A stretch of 61,530 nt of DNA, filler included, from Rhabdomonas costata (taxonomy: Eukaryota), in NCBI GenBank assembly GCA_019059605.1. It is 9 parts of 9 records of this genome, joined end to end, with 100 filler letters (N's around TTAATTAATTAA, not from the genome) between each part and the next. Parts side by side here need not be neighbours in the genome. Positions count along the whole stretch, not along the records: positions 1 to 6,573 come from JAHMHO010000009.1; positions 6,674 to 14,612 come from JAHMHO010000010.1; 7 more parts are not named here. The stretch is one strand, 5' to 3'. The notes under the pieces were generated by a model. It ran no database searches, was not told the DNA's origin, and saw only the letters and a program-made list of their open reading frames with translations. Made by a program: the position numbers and the translations under genes. Below, in pieces: positions 1-10,835 of the stretch. Every line of letters starts with the position of its first letter. Within the stretch, counting starts at the first letter, position 1.

Positions 1-168
1 GGTTTTTTGGTTACAACCGTCTTACTGAAAGCAAGTAGTCGAGGAAGTCCAGCAATAAAAAAAGACCTGAAGGGAAAGGAAAAAGGAAAAGTCTGCTGGA
101 AGGAGAAGCATTCCGATCCCGGGTGTAAGCAAAAAGTATAGGAAACCAGCGACACGTTGGGGATATAC

Positions 169-1611
169 CCTTAACGTGACGTCATAATGACTGCCGCCGT
201 AGATCACCTCCCTGAAGCGACTCGTCCAGTCCGTGTCCGAGATCAGTCCTGCCGTGGAGTCCCCCGCTGCCGTCGCGGGCCAACTCCCGCACCGCCACGA
301 AGTCGTCGCCCCGCATAAGGTCCACTCCAGTCCCCCACCGCTGGGGTCCGTGTCCAGGGCGAACACGGTGCCGTCCGGGATGCCGTACATGACACTAGTG
401 GCCCCGGCGGGGTCAGTGCTGAGGATGGTGAACATCGACTGGCGAATGTCCGCCGTGCTTGGATTGCCTTTGTGATTTTTTTTTGAAGTGCAAAGACGAG
501 GTCCAAATCAAACGAGCAGAAGCAGCTTCATTAATAACTGCGACAAATCACGCAAGGTGACTGCTAGAACCCCGGCTTTCAGCAGCAAAGAGCTAAACAA
601 AGCTGGACAAAATGCACTTCAAAAGACATAGACACAGATTGTCTCTTCGAGCACTTGACCAACCCACAGGTCACCCAACTTTCTTGAAGCAGTGGGTATC
701 GTTTAGTTCATCCTTTAGTTAGTTAGTTTTCGCCATCGTTGCTTGAGGCATTTGCCGATGGAGGCTGTTGGGGTGATTTTCTAACGGTGCAGCGAACAGC
801 CTGTTGTTTTACAACGCAGTATAGTCCAGCTGACAAGGTGCGTCAGGCACTCCAACTTTTTTGTTACTATGGAAGTGGGCCAAGTCGAAAAAGCCTTGAA
901 GATGCCCAATCGTGACTAAACAAGATGCCATAACTGGCATACCTGGTAGAGTTGCAGGCAGAGGCTGCTGGCATAACTGGTAGAGTTGCAGGCAGAGGCT
1001 GGAAAGCTGTCAGTAAACTGTACTCAGGAGAACCACCCAACCGGCAAGTCAAGCTCAGGATCTACGGTTCGGAACGGTCCGTCTCCGTCTCATGTCCAGG
1101 GGCCCATTTGGGAAGTTGCCAAGAGAATAGTGGGAAGATTAAGAGCCAAATCATCTTTCCCTCACACAACCCATCCCCGATTTTTTCCAGGGTGACCCTG
1201 ACAATTGGTGCAGATCTGAACATATGAACAAAAGGTACAGGAGAGGATACAGGGGTGCTGGAAGACCCCCCCCCCATAACGACACAAAGACGTGCTCATG
1301 TGCACACCTGAGCCAATGCTGGAATTCAGAAGGTAACCCCTCATCTGCTTGGTGTTGATCTGCATGGTGCCCAGGAAGCTCTTCATCTCATTCTCCACCA
1401 TGGTGCACGTGATACTGCGGTAGCTCATCCCAATCTGTCCAATCGCAGCCTCGGCGCCAACCCGAGTCAGGACATACACCGCAACCCCGACTGCCACCAG
1501 AGAGGCGATGGCCAAGGCCAGAAAGAGAGACCAGATCGGGGCCCGGAGTAGGCCGCGCTTGGGAGGGGGAGAAGGGACGGTGGGTGGTGAGGAAGGAACG
1601 CAGTACTCGCG
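169..1611 (-). CDS. Membrane receptor with a putative extracellular Cache-type sensor domain (partial; exons ~1611-1308 and 467-169, continues off the window)
   Basis: A hydrophobic TM segment (IWSLFLALAIASLVAVGVAVYVL) is followed by an amphipathic helix. GT-AG intron 1307-468 joins SSIGS-G|NPSTAD in frame. The exon ends YDVTLR, resembling the YDPRxRPWY Cache motif. The start and the output domain are not visible. Confidence 0.55.
934..1001. repeat. Two-copy 34-bp tandem repeat inside an intron
   Basis: ctggcatacctggtagagttgcaggcagaggctg followed by ctggcataactggtagagttgcaggcagaggctg (one mismatch). Confidence 0.9.
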
Positions 1612-4137
1612 CTTCTCCACTCGGGAAGAGAGGCAAAGCAAAACGTTGGAGTGGCTTCCATCTGTGCAATGTGCGTAACTCTGTGACATGGATAATCCCC
1701 CCAAAAAAAAACCAAGAGAAAAAGCAGGCTGCAGAACCAAGGAACGGCATTACATGCCAAGACACCTCCCAACTGCCATCATCACCCTGAGGTCCAGATA
1801 TCAGCAAGCCTCGCCAGAAAAGATTCAGCAGCGGAAAAGTGCGTTCTGGTGACTTCGGAAGACCTTCGAGGTGACCGCGAACTACGCCATTCGTGTGTCA
1901 CAACCGAAAAATAATGACAAAGATCAATAAAATAATCAAAATAATGCGTATCGCCATAGTTGAGTTTCATCACCAATTTGACGCAACCAGCACAAGTTGG
2001 TTGCCCCAGGTGGATTACTTCAGAGGTTGATCGATTGCAAGAATGAGAGACCCGCACGTCGCACATTTTTCTACTCACCACACACCAGCTGTTTAATTGA
2101 ATAACAGAGTGCTATATGGTGGTGTAGGCACAGGTTCAGAGGTGTCTCTAAACTTACTGTCAACCTGTCAATCAGTTACCATAATCAGGCAAAGTTCCCG
2201 CACGGTCCCCCGATTCCTATGGTTATAGATCAAAAAATGCTACACCATTTAACTGCAATTTACTTAGAAACTACTTCTTTCTATTTTAGATTTGACATAC
2301 ACCTGTGTGCATTTGGCAAAGGCAATTTTTCGGGGGGGAAACTCGAGCAACCCCCTCCCAGGCACCTCATGCCCCGTCGTGCATCGTGGCAAGGGCACAT
2401 CGGAAGACGGAAACATAAAAGAATTAGAATACATAGAGCTCCGGTTGGCGCACCCCATTTTCCACACATTGACCTTCCGATCCTGTCTACCTGTCCACCT
2501 GAGATACGAGAAAAAGAACACAACAGAAATCGGAAGCACGTCGAAACGAAACAAATCGTCCAAACATGTTGATTCAAAAAGTCCCATGACAAAAAATTCG
2601 AGCAAGCCACCCGAGCACCTGTGGCGATCAACTGTCCAGCCTTCTTCCCCCACTTGGCAAAGTTACAACTCCCCTGGTTGGACAGGAACTACTCTGCAAA
2701 ACGGAGAAAGACCAAACCCCAAGAACGTCTTGCCTAAGATCGCTGACAATTTAAAAAGGTTTCGGGAAAGGCCATTGAGGAACTGTCCCCCTCAACGTTG
2801 AGCAATTTTGCACCTTCCCACGCTACTCGACAACATTAGGGGGGTTGATGTTGATAGCGAAAAATGACCATTCATGCCGCATTTTTGGCTATTTTTGATC
2901 ATTTTATGAGGGAACTTCGACTCCCGGTGCGGGAGAAAGCAGGGGGGGTGGGTGCGCATGCGCTGCAAACAAAGTTTCGTCGGTGCAATGTGCAATGTCG
3001 GGTGAGAGCCAGCCCATACTTTTGGAGCATGGGAGAAAAATAGAATTAATGAACCTCCTTTTTCATGAAAGTAAGGTTTCAAATACAAGTTTCTCATATG
3101 AAATCACGAACAAATTGTTGAGCATAAGGTGATACTTGCGTTTAGTTAAAAATAGTCATGCCCACGGTGTTGAACCGTTCGGTGTTGAAGTTGGGCATTT
3201 TGACAGCAGCAAACAAATTGATGACACGTTGTCGTGAAATATGCACAACAGCATGCGCGCTGTTACGTTTAAGAAGGACACCAGAATGTAAAGCAATATG
3301 GCGATTTCTTCCTGCCAAAGCTAATTTGATTAAAGGAAACACTATCGCTCATTCCGTGTGAAGCTTCAAGTGTCACCCCAGTCAGGATTGCGGAAAGCTA
3401 GCCCTATTTTTTTAAACACAGACAGCAAACGAAAACCCACAAATTACCCCAAAAATGGCTATGATTGTTGCACAAAATGATGCAAAACCTGTCCTAAAAG
3501 AGCGCACAGAATCTATTTCCACGGTTGCGTGCAATACACTTATAGACGTACTAAGTCGCCCAGATAACTACTCACATCACCTCCCCCATCAAAAAAAAAG
3601 AGCCTGAAGAGCGACAATTACAATTAAAAACAACAGGCACGGAATGTCCAGTTTAGCGGAACGGAAAGCGCAGGGGTGGAAATGGGAGAAAAGTGGGCTT
3701 TGGCGAACAAGGAGAGACTGGACAAAACCACCTGCCCTTTGTTCCCTGGAAAGTGCTGCGTTTCGTTGCCCAAGGAAACAGTGTTTACAGAAAATTTCAA
3801 CATTGGGACATTACATTCTTTCATTTCAATTCATGTAACAATCTGGGGGACTGGGCAGGAATCACAGGGTTAAATCCGAACCAATTTCTGCAGTAATCGA
3901 GGCAAGCCCTTACCGATCCCTTTTTCGCCACAGGAGCTTACACAGAGGCTTCACCACCCACAGAATCGAAATCATAAAACCCCAAGAATAACGCAACAGC
4001 CTTCTCGGCCGCAACTCATCTCACCACGAGTGGCCCTGTAGGTGCCCTCTCTCTCAGGAAGAACCCGCCTTGCCAAACCATTTGAAGGCAGACAAAATAT
4101 CCTCTATCGATTCCTCCACTGAGCCCAAGGGCTAGTA

Positions 4138-6015
4138 TCACATCCACAGTGAAGAGAGATTGGGAAAAAACGGAGAGGCCTCAAGTGCTTCCAGTACTGC
4201 ACCGCCGATCTGATTGTCCCTGACAACCAAGGAGGTAAGGTTGGGGAAGAATGAGGAGGCTGCAAATGCGTGCATTCCCGCATCTCCGACCTGATTCCTG
4301 CGCATGGCCAAAGTAGTAAGCTTGGGGAAGAAAACGGAAGCTGCCAGTGCTTGCACGCCCGCATCCCCGATCTGATTACTGCTCACATTCAAAGAGGTAA
4401 GATTGGGGAAGAAAGGGGAAGCTGCTAGTGCTTGCACGCCCCCACCGCCGATCTGGTTGCCACTCAAATCCAAGGAGGTAAGCTTGGGAAAGAATGTTGA
4501 GGCTGCAAGTGCTTGCAGGCCCGCAGGGCCGATATGATTGTCCGTCACATCCACGGAGATAAGCTTGGGTAAGAAAGGGGAAGCTGCTAGTGCTTGCATG
4601 CCCGCATCCCGGATCTGGATGGCGCTCGCGTTCAAGGAAGTAACCTTGGGGAAGAAGGCGGAGGCTGCAAGGGCTTGCATTCCCGCATCCCCGATCGGAT
4701 TGAAGCCCACATCCAAGGAGGTAAGGTTGGGCAAGAAAGAGGAGGTTGCTAGTGCATGCGCGCCCGCATCCCCGATCTGATTGTCCCTCAAATCCAAGGA
4801 GGTGAGCATGGGGGAGAAAGCGGAAGCTGCAAGTGCTTGCATTCCAGCAGACCCCATCAGATTCCAACGCACGTTCAAGCAGGTAAGGCTGGAGAAGAAA
4901 GGGGAAGATGCAAGTGCCTTAAATCCCCCATCGGGGATTTTATTGCTACCCAAATCCAAGGAAGAGAGGTTAAGGAAGAAAGGGGAGGCTGCAAGTGCTT
5001 GCATTCCTGCAGAACTGATCTGACAAGCGCTCACTTTCAAGCAGGTAAGGTTGCGCAACACAGAGGAAGCTGCTAGTGCATGCATACCTGCAGACCCGAT
5101 ATGATTGAACGTCACATCCAAGGAAGAAAGATTGGTGAAGAATGAGGAGGCTGCAAGGGCTTGCGCACCCGCAGAACCCATCTGATTGGTGCCCACGTTC
5201 AAGGAGGAAAGGTTGGGATATAATGCGGAAGTTGCAAGTGCTTGCATTCCAGCATCGCCGACCTCGTTGTTCCACACATTCAAGAAGGTAAGGTCGGGGA
5301 AGAAAGCGGAAGCTGCTATTGCTTGCATTCCCGCATCGCCGATATGATTGCCACCCACGTTCAAGCAGGAAAGGTTGGGGAAGAATGAGGAGGATGCAAG
5401 TGCTTGCATTCCCGTTTCCCGAATTTGATTGATACCCACATCCAAGGAAGTCAGGTTGGGGAAGAAAACAGAAGCTGCTAGTGCTTGCATTCCCGCATCC
5501 TGGATCTGATTGATACCCACATCCAAGGAGGAAAGGTTGGGAAAGAATGCTGAAGCTGCTAGTGCTTGCATTCCCGCATCCCGGATCTGATTGCCACCCA
5601 CATCCAAGGAGGTAAGCTTGGGGAAGAAAGAACATGCTGCAAGTGCCTGCATTGGCGCTTCACTCATCCTGTTACCTCGGATATACAGAGAATTGAGGTT
5701 GGGAAACAAGCAGGAAGTGGAGTGTGCAGCCATTTCCGCACCCACCCCAAGCAAATGAGTCAACAGCTTCTTCTTTTTCACGGAAATCACCGCAGCGGAA
5801 CAAGCCAGCAGGAAGCTCTGAGCCCCAAATTGCTCATCTGCGAGGTCTTGAAGGGTTTTTGGGAGGCGGAGCATAACTCTCCACTCCGGGGCAAGATTCT
5901 CATCAACCAGCACTTTAAACTTTTTGGAAACCAGCCGTAGGCTGAGATGCGAATTCAGCCCCAGAAACCGAAAGCTGCAAACCAAAGTGTCGTCGAAACG
6001 AGGAAGGGTAGTCAT
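4138..6015 (-). CDS. F-box-like/leucine-rich repeat protein, intronless, 625 aa
   Basis: N-terminal LPRFDDTLVCSFRFLG...LRLVSKKFKVLVD fits an F-box pattern. It is followed by ~19 tandem 27-aa (81-bp) repeats FPxLTSLDVxxNQIGDAGMQALAASxF. Confidence 0.9.
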   Translation of the reverse strand: MTTLPRFDDTLVCSFRFLGLNSHLSLRLVSKKFKVLVDENLAPEWRVMLRLPKTLQDLADEQFGAQSFLLACSAAVISVKKKKLLTHLLGVGAEMAAHSTSCLFPNLNSLYIRGNRMSEAPMQALAACSFFPKLTSLDVGGNQIRDAGMQALAASAFFPNLSSLDVGINQIQDAGMQALAASVFFPNLTSLDVGINQIRETGMQALASSSFFPNLSCLNVGGNHIGDAGMQAIAASAFFPDLTFLNVWNNEVGDAGMQALATSALYPNLSSLNVGTNQMGSAGAQALAASSFFTNLSSLDVTFNHIGSAGMHALAASSVLRNLTCLKVSACQISSAGMQALAASPFFLNLSSLDLGSNKIPDGGFKALASSPFFSSLTCLNVRWNLMGSAGMQALAASAFSPMLTSLDLRDNQIGDAGAHALATSSFLPNLTSLDVGFNPIGDAGMQALAASAFFPKVTSLNASAIQIRDAGMQALAASPFLPKLISVDVTDNHIGPAGLQALAASTFFPKLTSLDLSGNQIGGGGVQALAASPFFPNLTSLNVSSNQIGDAGVQALAASVFFPKLTTLAMRRNQVGDAGMHAFAASSFFPNLTSLVVRDNQIGGAVLEALEASPFFPNLSSLWM

Positions 6016-6573
6016 TAGCTTGCTTTCGTCAAGGTATAAGGCTGTGAAGAAATGAAAAGGAAATGGAGATTGGCCTGATGCTTTTCCAAGCCCTGGAGAG
6101 ACCCATCCTCTTAACTGGATAATGGGATTTCCTGGACCCCCACCCCAATTCCTTGCAAGACACCTCTTTACCCGGTCATTGGGGACACATACATCCGTTC
6201 CATTTCAACAGCCAGCTCGTTCGCGGTCTCTGCCCCAGAGCGGGAACCTTCCAACAGCTCCATGCAACGCAAATCTCCGGCGATGCAAAAATTCTCACCG
6301 CCCGGCAATGGAATGACAGTGCTGCCGCCGGTGGCTCTCACCCGTGCATGGGATGCTGTGCCAAGATGTGAGGTGGTGGGACTGTTGGACGCCGCGACTC
6401 CGGACGATCCGCGGATGGTGGCTTCCAAGTTGCTGCTCAAGAATCGGCTCCACCTACCGCTACATGTGTGGCCGGTGTAGGTGGCGCAGGTGTTGCCCAG
6501 AACCCATCAAAGTGCCACTTGTGAAGTTAAAGATCCTTATTACTGACAACAATATTCTTATTCCCCACCAAAA

Positions 6574-6673
6574 NNNNNNNNNNNNNNNNNNNNNNNNNNN
6601 NNNNNNNNNNNNNNNNNTTAATTAATTAANNNNNNNNNNNNNNNNNNNNNNNNNNNNNNNNNNNNNNNNNNNN
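6574..6673. other. Artificial contig spacer
   Basis: N44-TTAATTAATTAA-N44 (stops in all six frames). Confidence 0.99.
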
Positions 6674-6986
6674 GTGGTGGGTGTGTTTGGGGGGTGGGTG
6701 ACGTCCCCAGGCCAGCTCCCCGACAACTGACTGGTTATTCTCAGTGGGAGGGTTTGACTTTCCTTTTAGTGGGTTGGCTTTGCCAGATTGGGATACGACT
6801 CAAGGGAGCCGCTTTGGAACGGAACTATGGGGGTTGCAGCGAGAGTTCAATCCGAGCCCCACGGGTTCACTCTTCACTCTCAGTTTTAAAACCACTAAAC
6901 CGCGCAGCTATGTTCTCCAGCAGGAATCATCCGTACGAGGTGTCCAATTGTCGAGACGAACCCTCATGCGGTAGGGGGGGTCACAG

Positions 6987-7971
6987 GTGCGGAATTGGAG
7001 CCGGCAGCTGAGCATGCTGGAGCGGAGGTACGCAGAGGCAGCGGCCGCGCAGCCCCCATCGGGGTCCTCGCCAGCCGCGGCTGCCGCCGCTCCACGTGCG
7101 CGTCGTTTTGCCTCTTTTTTCCACACCGAAAAACAAGCGCGGTGGTCATTGTCCACCGAGGTGAGAAGCCCGCTTTGTTCCGCCTTCAATCGGAAATCGA
7201 ACAACACGGTCGGGACTTTGGGCTCAAAAAAGACCTGAGCCCACGGAGTCACCTCCAAACGTCAGAGGAATGTACCATTTTCTTCAGCAGATGCATTATA
7301 TGGTCCGCGATGCCCTCCTGCAATTCCCGTTTGCACCGCACCCACATGAGGTAGAAGTGTTTTTCTGCTGAATTTGCAACCTTGTGGAGTGGACCGGATG
7401 ATATATGAAGGTTGTGTTGCCTGTATTGCTTACAAGGTTAGTTTTCTAATTGGTAATCATTGGTAATCAAGCATTCGAAAGACCCTAGAATTCCCCGGTT
7501 CTGAATTTATGATGGACTTTAGAACTTTTTCGTGTTTTGTATTGAACTTGCCGTGCTACACCCTCTCAAGAATCCATTTCTTTCACACACGCACACATAC
7601 ACGCACGAGCGATTTCTGGGGTGTGGCAAGGAAGGCCCGGATGGGGCATCCTGGCAATCCTGGCAAATTAGCGAGCATTTGCGCAACACCGGGAATTACG
7701 CACCTCACGAGTCAGGAAGTCAGGGGATGTTCAGAAGACCGCGACATCGGCTCCTCCTGATGAAATACGTCATGCGCTAAACACGCGCGGACGCACTCAC
7801 GCCTCTTTCTCAGCGGTGCTTCACCCCGAGGGCACTGTGGCGTCGATGCTCCGCTCTCTTGACCCAGGCCTGCTGTAACGTCTCTCTCCCATTCCCATTC
7901 CCTTTTTGTGTGGGTGTGCTTCGGTTTGTGTCGGGGCTTTCCCAAGTGCGCTTGGCGACCTTGCGTGGTGG
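6987..7971 (+). CDS. Probable fragmentary multi-exon gene of unknown function
   Basis: Several AG...GT-bounded GC-rich segments read as protein (VRNWSRQLSMLERRYAE; MHYMVRDALLQFPFAPHPHE at ~7291-7350; VLHPEGTVASMLRSLDPG). No family was recognised and phases were not fully resolved. Confidence 0.3.
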
Positions 7972-8929
7972 GTGGGCCCCTGCACAGTTGCCCTCTGGTG
8001 TGGTGGAGGGAAAGAGAGGGTTGCACTCTCTCTTCCATGCCGATTTGCTCGGCGAGCCTTCCATTTCCCTGCTTGGGTGGTATTGTAATCTTCTGTACCT
8101 CGCTGTCTTCCTCGCACTTGCTGTACACCTTTTCCTCGGAGATGCATGAAACCGGCTAGCGTAGTGGTCTCCGCCCAATTAGGATGGGTACCTCCTTTTT
8201 TGGTTTGTGGAGAGATGTGCAACTCGCTCTTCTTATGTTAGCAGCGTGGGGCTCGAGAGTATGATGAAGGTTGGGGGGCAAAAGCAGTGTGTGTGTGTGT
8301 ATGTGTGTATGTGTGTATATTCTTGTGTGCGTTTGTGTGTGTGGTTGCTTTTCAGAGCACGTGCTTTTCATATTGTGGACTGCTGGGCGTTTTGATCTGT
8401 GGGTGGTAAGGCGGCAAGCTGAATGGAAAGGAGAATGACATCTGAAATGTTTCTGGTTCTGCTTTAGCATGAAAACCAAGTCACTGCTCCGGGGAGCTCC
8501 ACGAAAACGGTAGATAGGACTGACCAGGCAACACACAGAGGTAAGGTGTTGATGAAAAGGGTTACGTCCCATATCATGTGTGCATATTTACGTCTGCTCG
8601 GTATCCTGCTTCACTTGCGACACGTTCATGAACTTCGGTTGGAAACGTGGAAATGCGTGTACCTCTTCCGCCATTTAATGTTTGTTAGTAGGCGGTAATG
8701 ACTCTATGGCGGGAGGGTGGGGTGGGGTGAGGTTGGAGGTGTGCTAACTTACCAGCAACCGGTTTGTTCCTTGAGCACTTGTGAAAAGCCACCTCCATAA
8801 GAGACTTACCCTATCCTATTCGCCGCGATCTCTGAGCTGCCCTCTTTCGGTTCTTATCTTCCGGTTGAAGCCAGCTCTCCATCTAATTCGGTCGCAGTAT
8901 CTTCCCGAACCTTTGTAACCTTCTCGAGA

Positions 8930-10570
8930 ATGTCCAGCCCCCAAGGCGTACTCCGCAGCCTCGCTCTGGTGCGACGCTGTGGAATCCTACCTCAGGCTAG
9001 GAGCTTCAGCACCACCCGGCGCCTCCTGTCGTCCCTGAGGCGCAGGCCTTTCACCTTCGGAGATGCCTTGTTTTTCGCCGTGGGGGTTCCCGGAGTCCTG
9101 TTTATTTTTCTCAACGCCTCCGGATTCTCATGGATAAAGTATTAAGCCTCCGCTGTGCTGATTTCTTCGTTGTGGTGAGGACCCATGAGCTTTCTAATAT
9201 CCTTCGCTGCTGTTGTGGTGAATGATGGTGGTCGTCCTTATTTCGTAAAAAAAGTAAAGTAACGTTGATACTCACTCTCACCATAATGTACCACCGCTCC
9301 CTTGCCAGGGACGCCTTTGTGTGCGAAGAGGATCCTTTGTCCTCTAGATTGTAGCATTTTGCTTATCGAACGGGTTCTACATCAGTGTAGATATGTTTCT
9401 GGGAAGGGCTGCACATATAGACCCGCTGAATTTCTTTTTGGAGCGTTCGAAGTGTTCATCGTATTTCTTTCATCTCCTTGCTGCGTTGGGTGGCGTTGTA
9501 GCCATAGTCGCTGCTTCGGTTTGAAACTTAAGCAACAATCTGGTGAATCTCGTCATGTTGTTTCTCTTCGGTTTTCCGTGTGGACGGTGTGGACTCTTCA
9601 GAAATGTTGTGTTTACCCGCTGGCCGCTGGATGACCCAAAACATGCATAGCATCACAGCCCACCGCAAGGACGTTCAAAGTCTCGAGAGGTCGGGCAGAG
9701 GCCTTTGGTTTCCCGATGGATGGAACGCAACTCTTGATTCCAGAATTCTTGTGGAGCAGACAGCAACTGCTGTGGTACTTGCCGCCGCCGCCACCGCCTT
9801 TGCATGTTGGGTGGGGGGGATGTTATGCCACCGCGCATTCTCCTTGCATTCTCCTCCAAGAGAAATTTTCCTCATTTTCCATTTTCCTCATTTTCCTGCT
9901 CTCATTGGTGCTGGGAGGGAAAGAAATTGCGTAGCAGGGCCCTTTTCTGGCCTCCATTTCTGGCTGTTCCTTTTCTTTCTTAAGTTCATAATGATACTTC
10001 TCGGAGTAACACTTTTGCTATTATAACTTCCGAACTCATCGCCTACCCCTCCCCCTCCCCCCGCGCGCATACGTTAATGTGTGTGTGGCAAATAAGGCAG
10101 TGACTGTTTGGAACAGTGCAATGTGTGTGAGCGTCGAGAAACATTGGCAGTGATGCGGGAACCGCGAAAAACAAGTCTCTTGGTCTCTCCACGGAGCTCG
10201 TGTTGTCGAATGTACATCACCACCGTCGGGCTCATGCTGTGAAAGCTTGACCCCAGCGAACCGCAATAAATAGTGGCGCGACTCGGAGGTGAGGGGACTT
10301 CGCGGCTCACTCTCACCAACGCGCACACACTATGCACAAATCGTTATAAACCCCCAAGTGATCAACGGAGACCAGGGCAGTTTTCTTTGCAAAGCTGCAG
10401 GGACGTGGCTGATGCGCCGTTTCCTCACGCATTCTCTTCTCGAGGAGGGTTCTCGAAGACCTATTGTTTCTGCTTTTCTGTTTCCAAAGTTGCTCCTTTT
10501 GGCAGCATTTACGCTTTTTGCGCCGGGCATCATACCAATACACGCATGGCTTGCAGTTGTCGATAGCTGA
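8930..10570 (+). CDS. Small membrane protein with a mitochondrial-presequence-like N terminus (~118 aa; exons 8930-9138, 9744-9810, 10490-10570)
   Basis: Two GT-AG introns join the three exons in frame. The N terminus is Arg/Ser-rich and acid-free (ARSFSTTRRLLSS) and is followed by 2-3 hydrophobic segments. Confidence 0.6.
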
Positions 10571-10835
10571 ATTTGGCATACCCGCTTTCCATTACGCCCA
10601 CTGCATTTTGGCTTTCGATGAGGTTTTTCGACCCGTTAACCGAAGGGGACGCGCTGTCCAGAACTGCAATGTTTTTCTGCATAGGGTTTGAAGCTGAAAG
10701 CCAAAAGCTTCGCTCGATAATGTCCGGGTGACCTGACTGGCCAGTCAATTTCCTGAAGGATGGAACATGAACTCACATGCAACGAGAAATGAATACTTCC
10801 GCGTAGTTTGTGTCTTCTTTTGAAATAAGCTTCTG

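Noticed and set aside
4200-5720. Regular 81-bp repeats suggesting a CRISPR-like array or satellite
   Set aside because: They are in-frame LRR coding repeats with no repeat/spacer alternation
6618-6629. Recurring TTAATTAATTAA palindrome at regular spacing
   Set aside because: Synthetic six-frame stop linker embedded in N runs
6560-6700. C/A-rich contig ends and G/T-rich contig starts resembling telomeres of gene-sized chromosomes
   Set aside because: There is no fixed repeat unit and the ends cut through exons (14612, 42484, 55369). Where a paralogue shows the true sequence, the last bases are miscalls (agaacacacaaa at 29401 vs agaactcacaaa at 26701). These are low-quality read ends.
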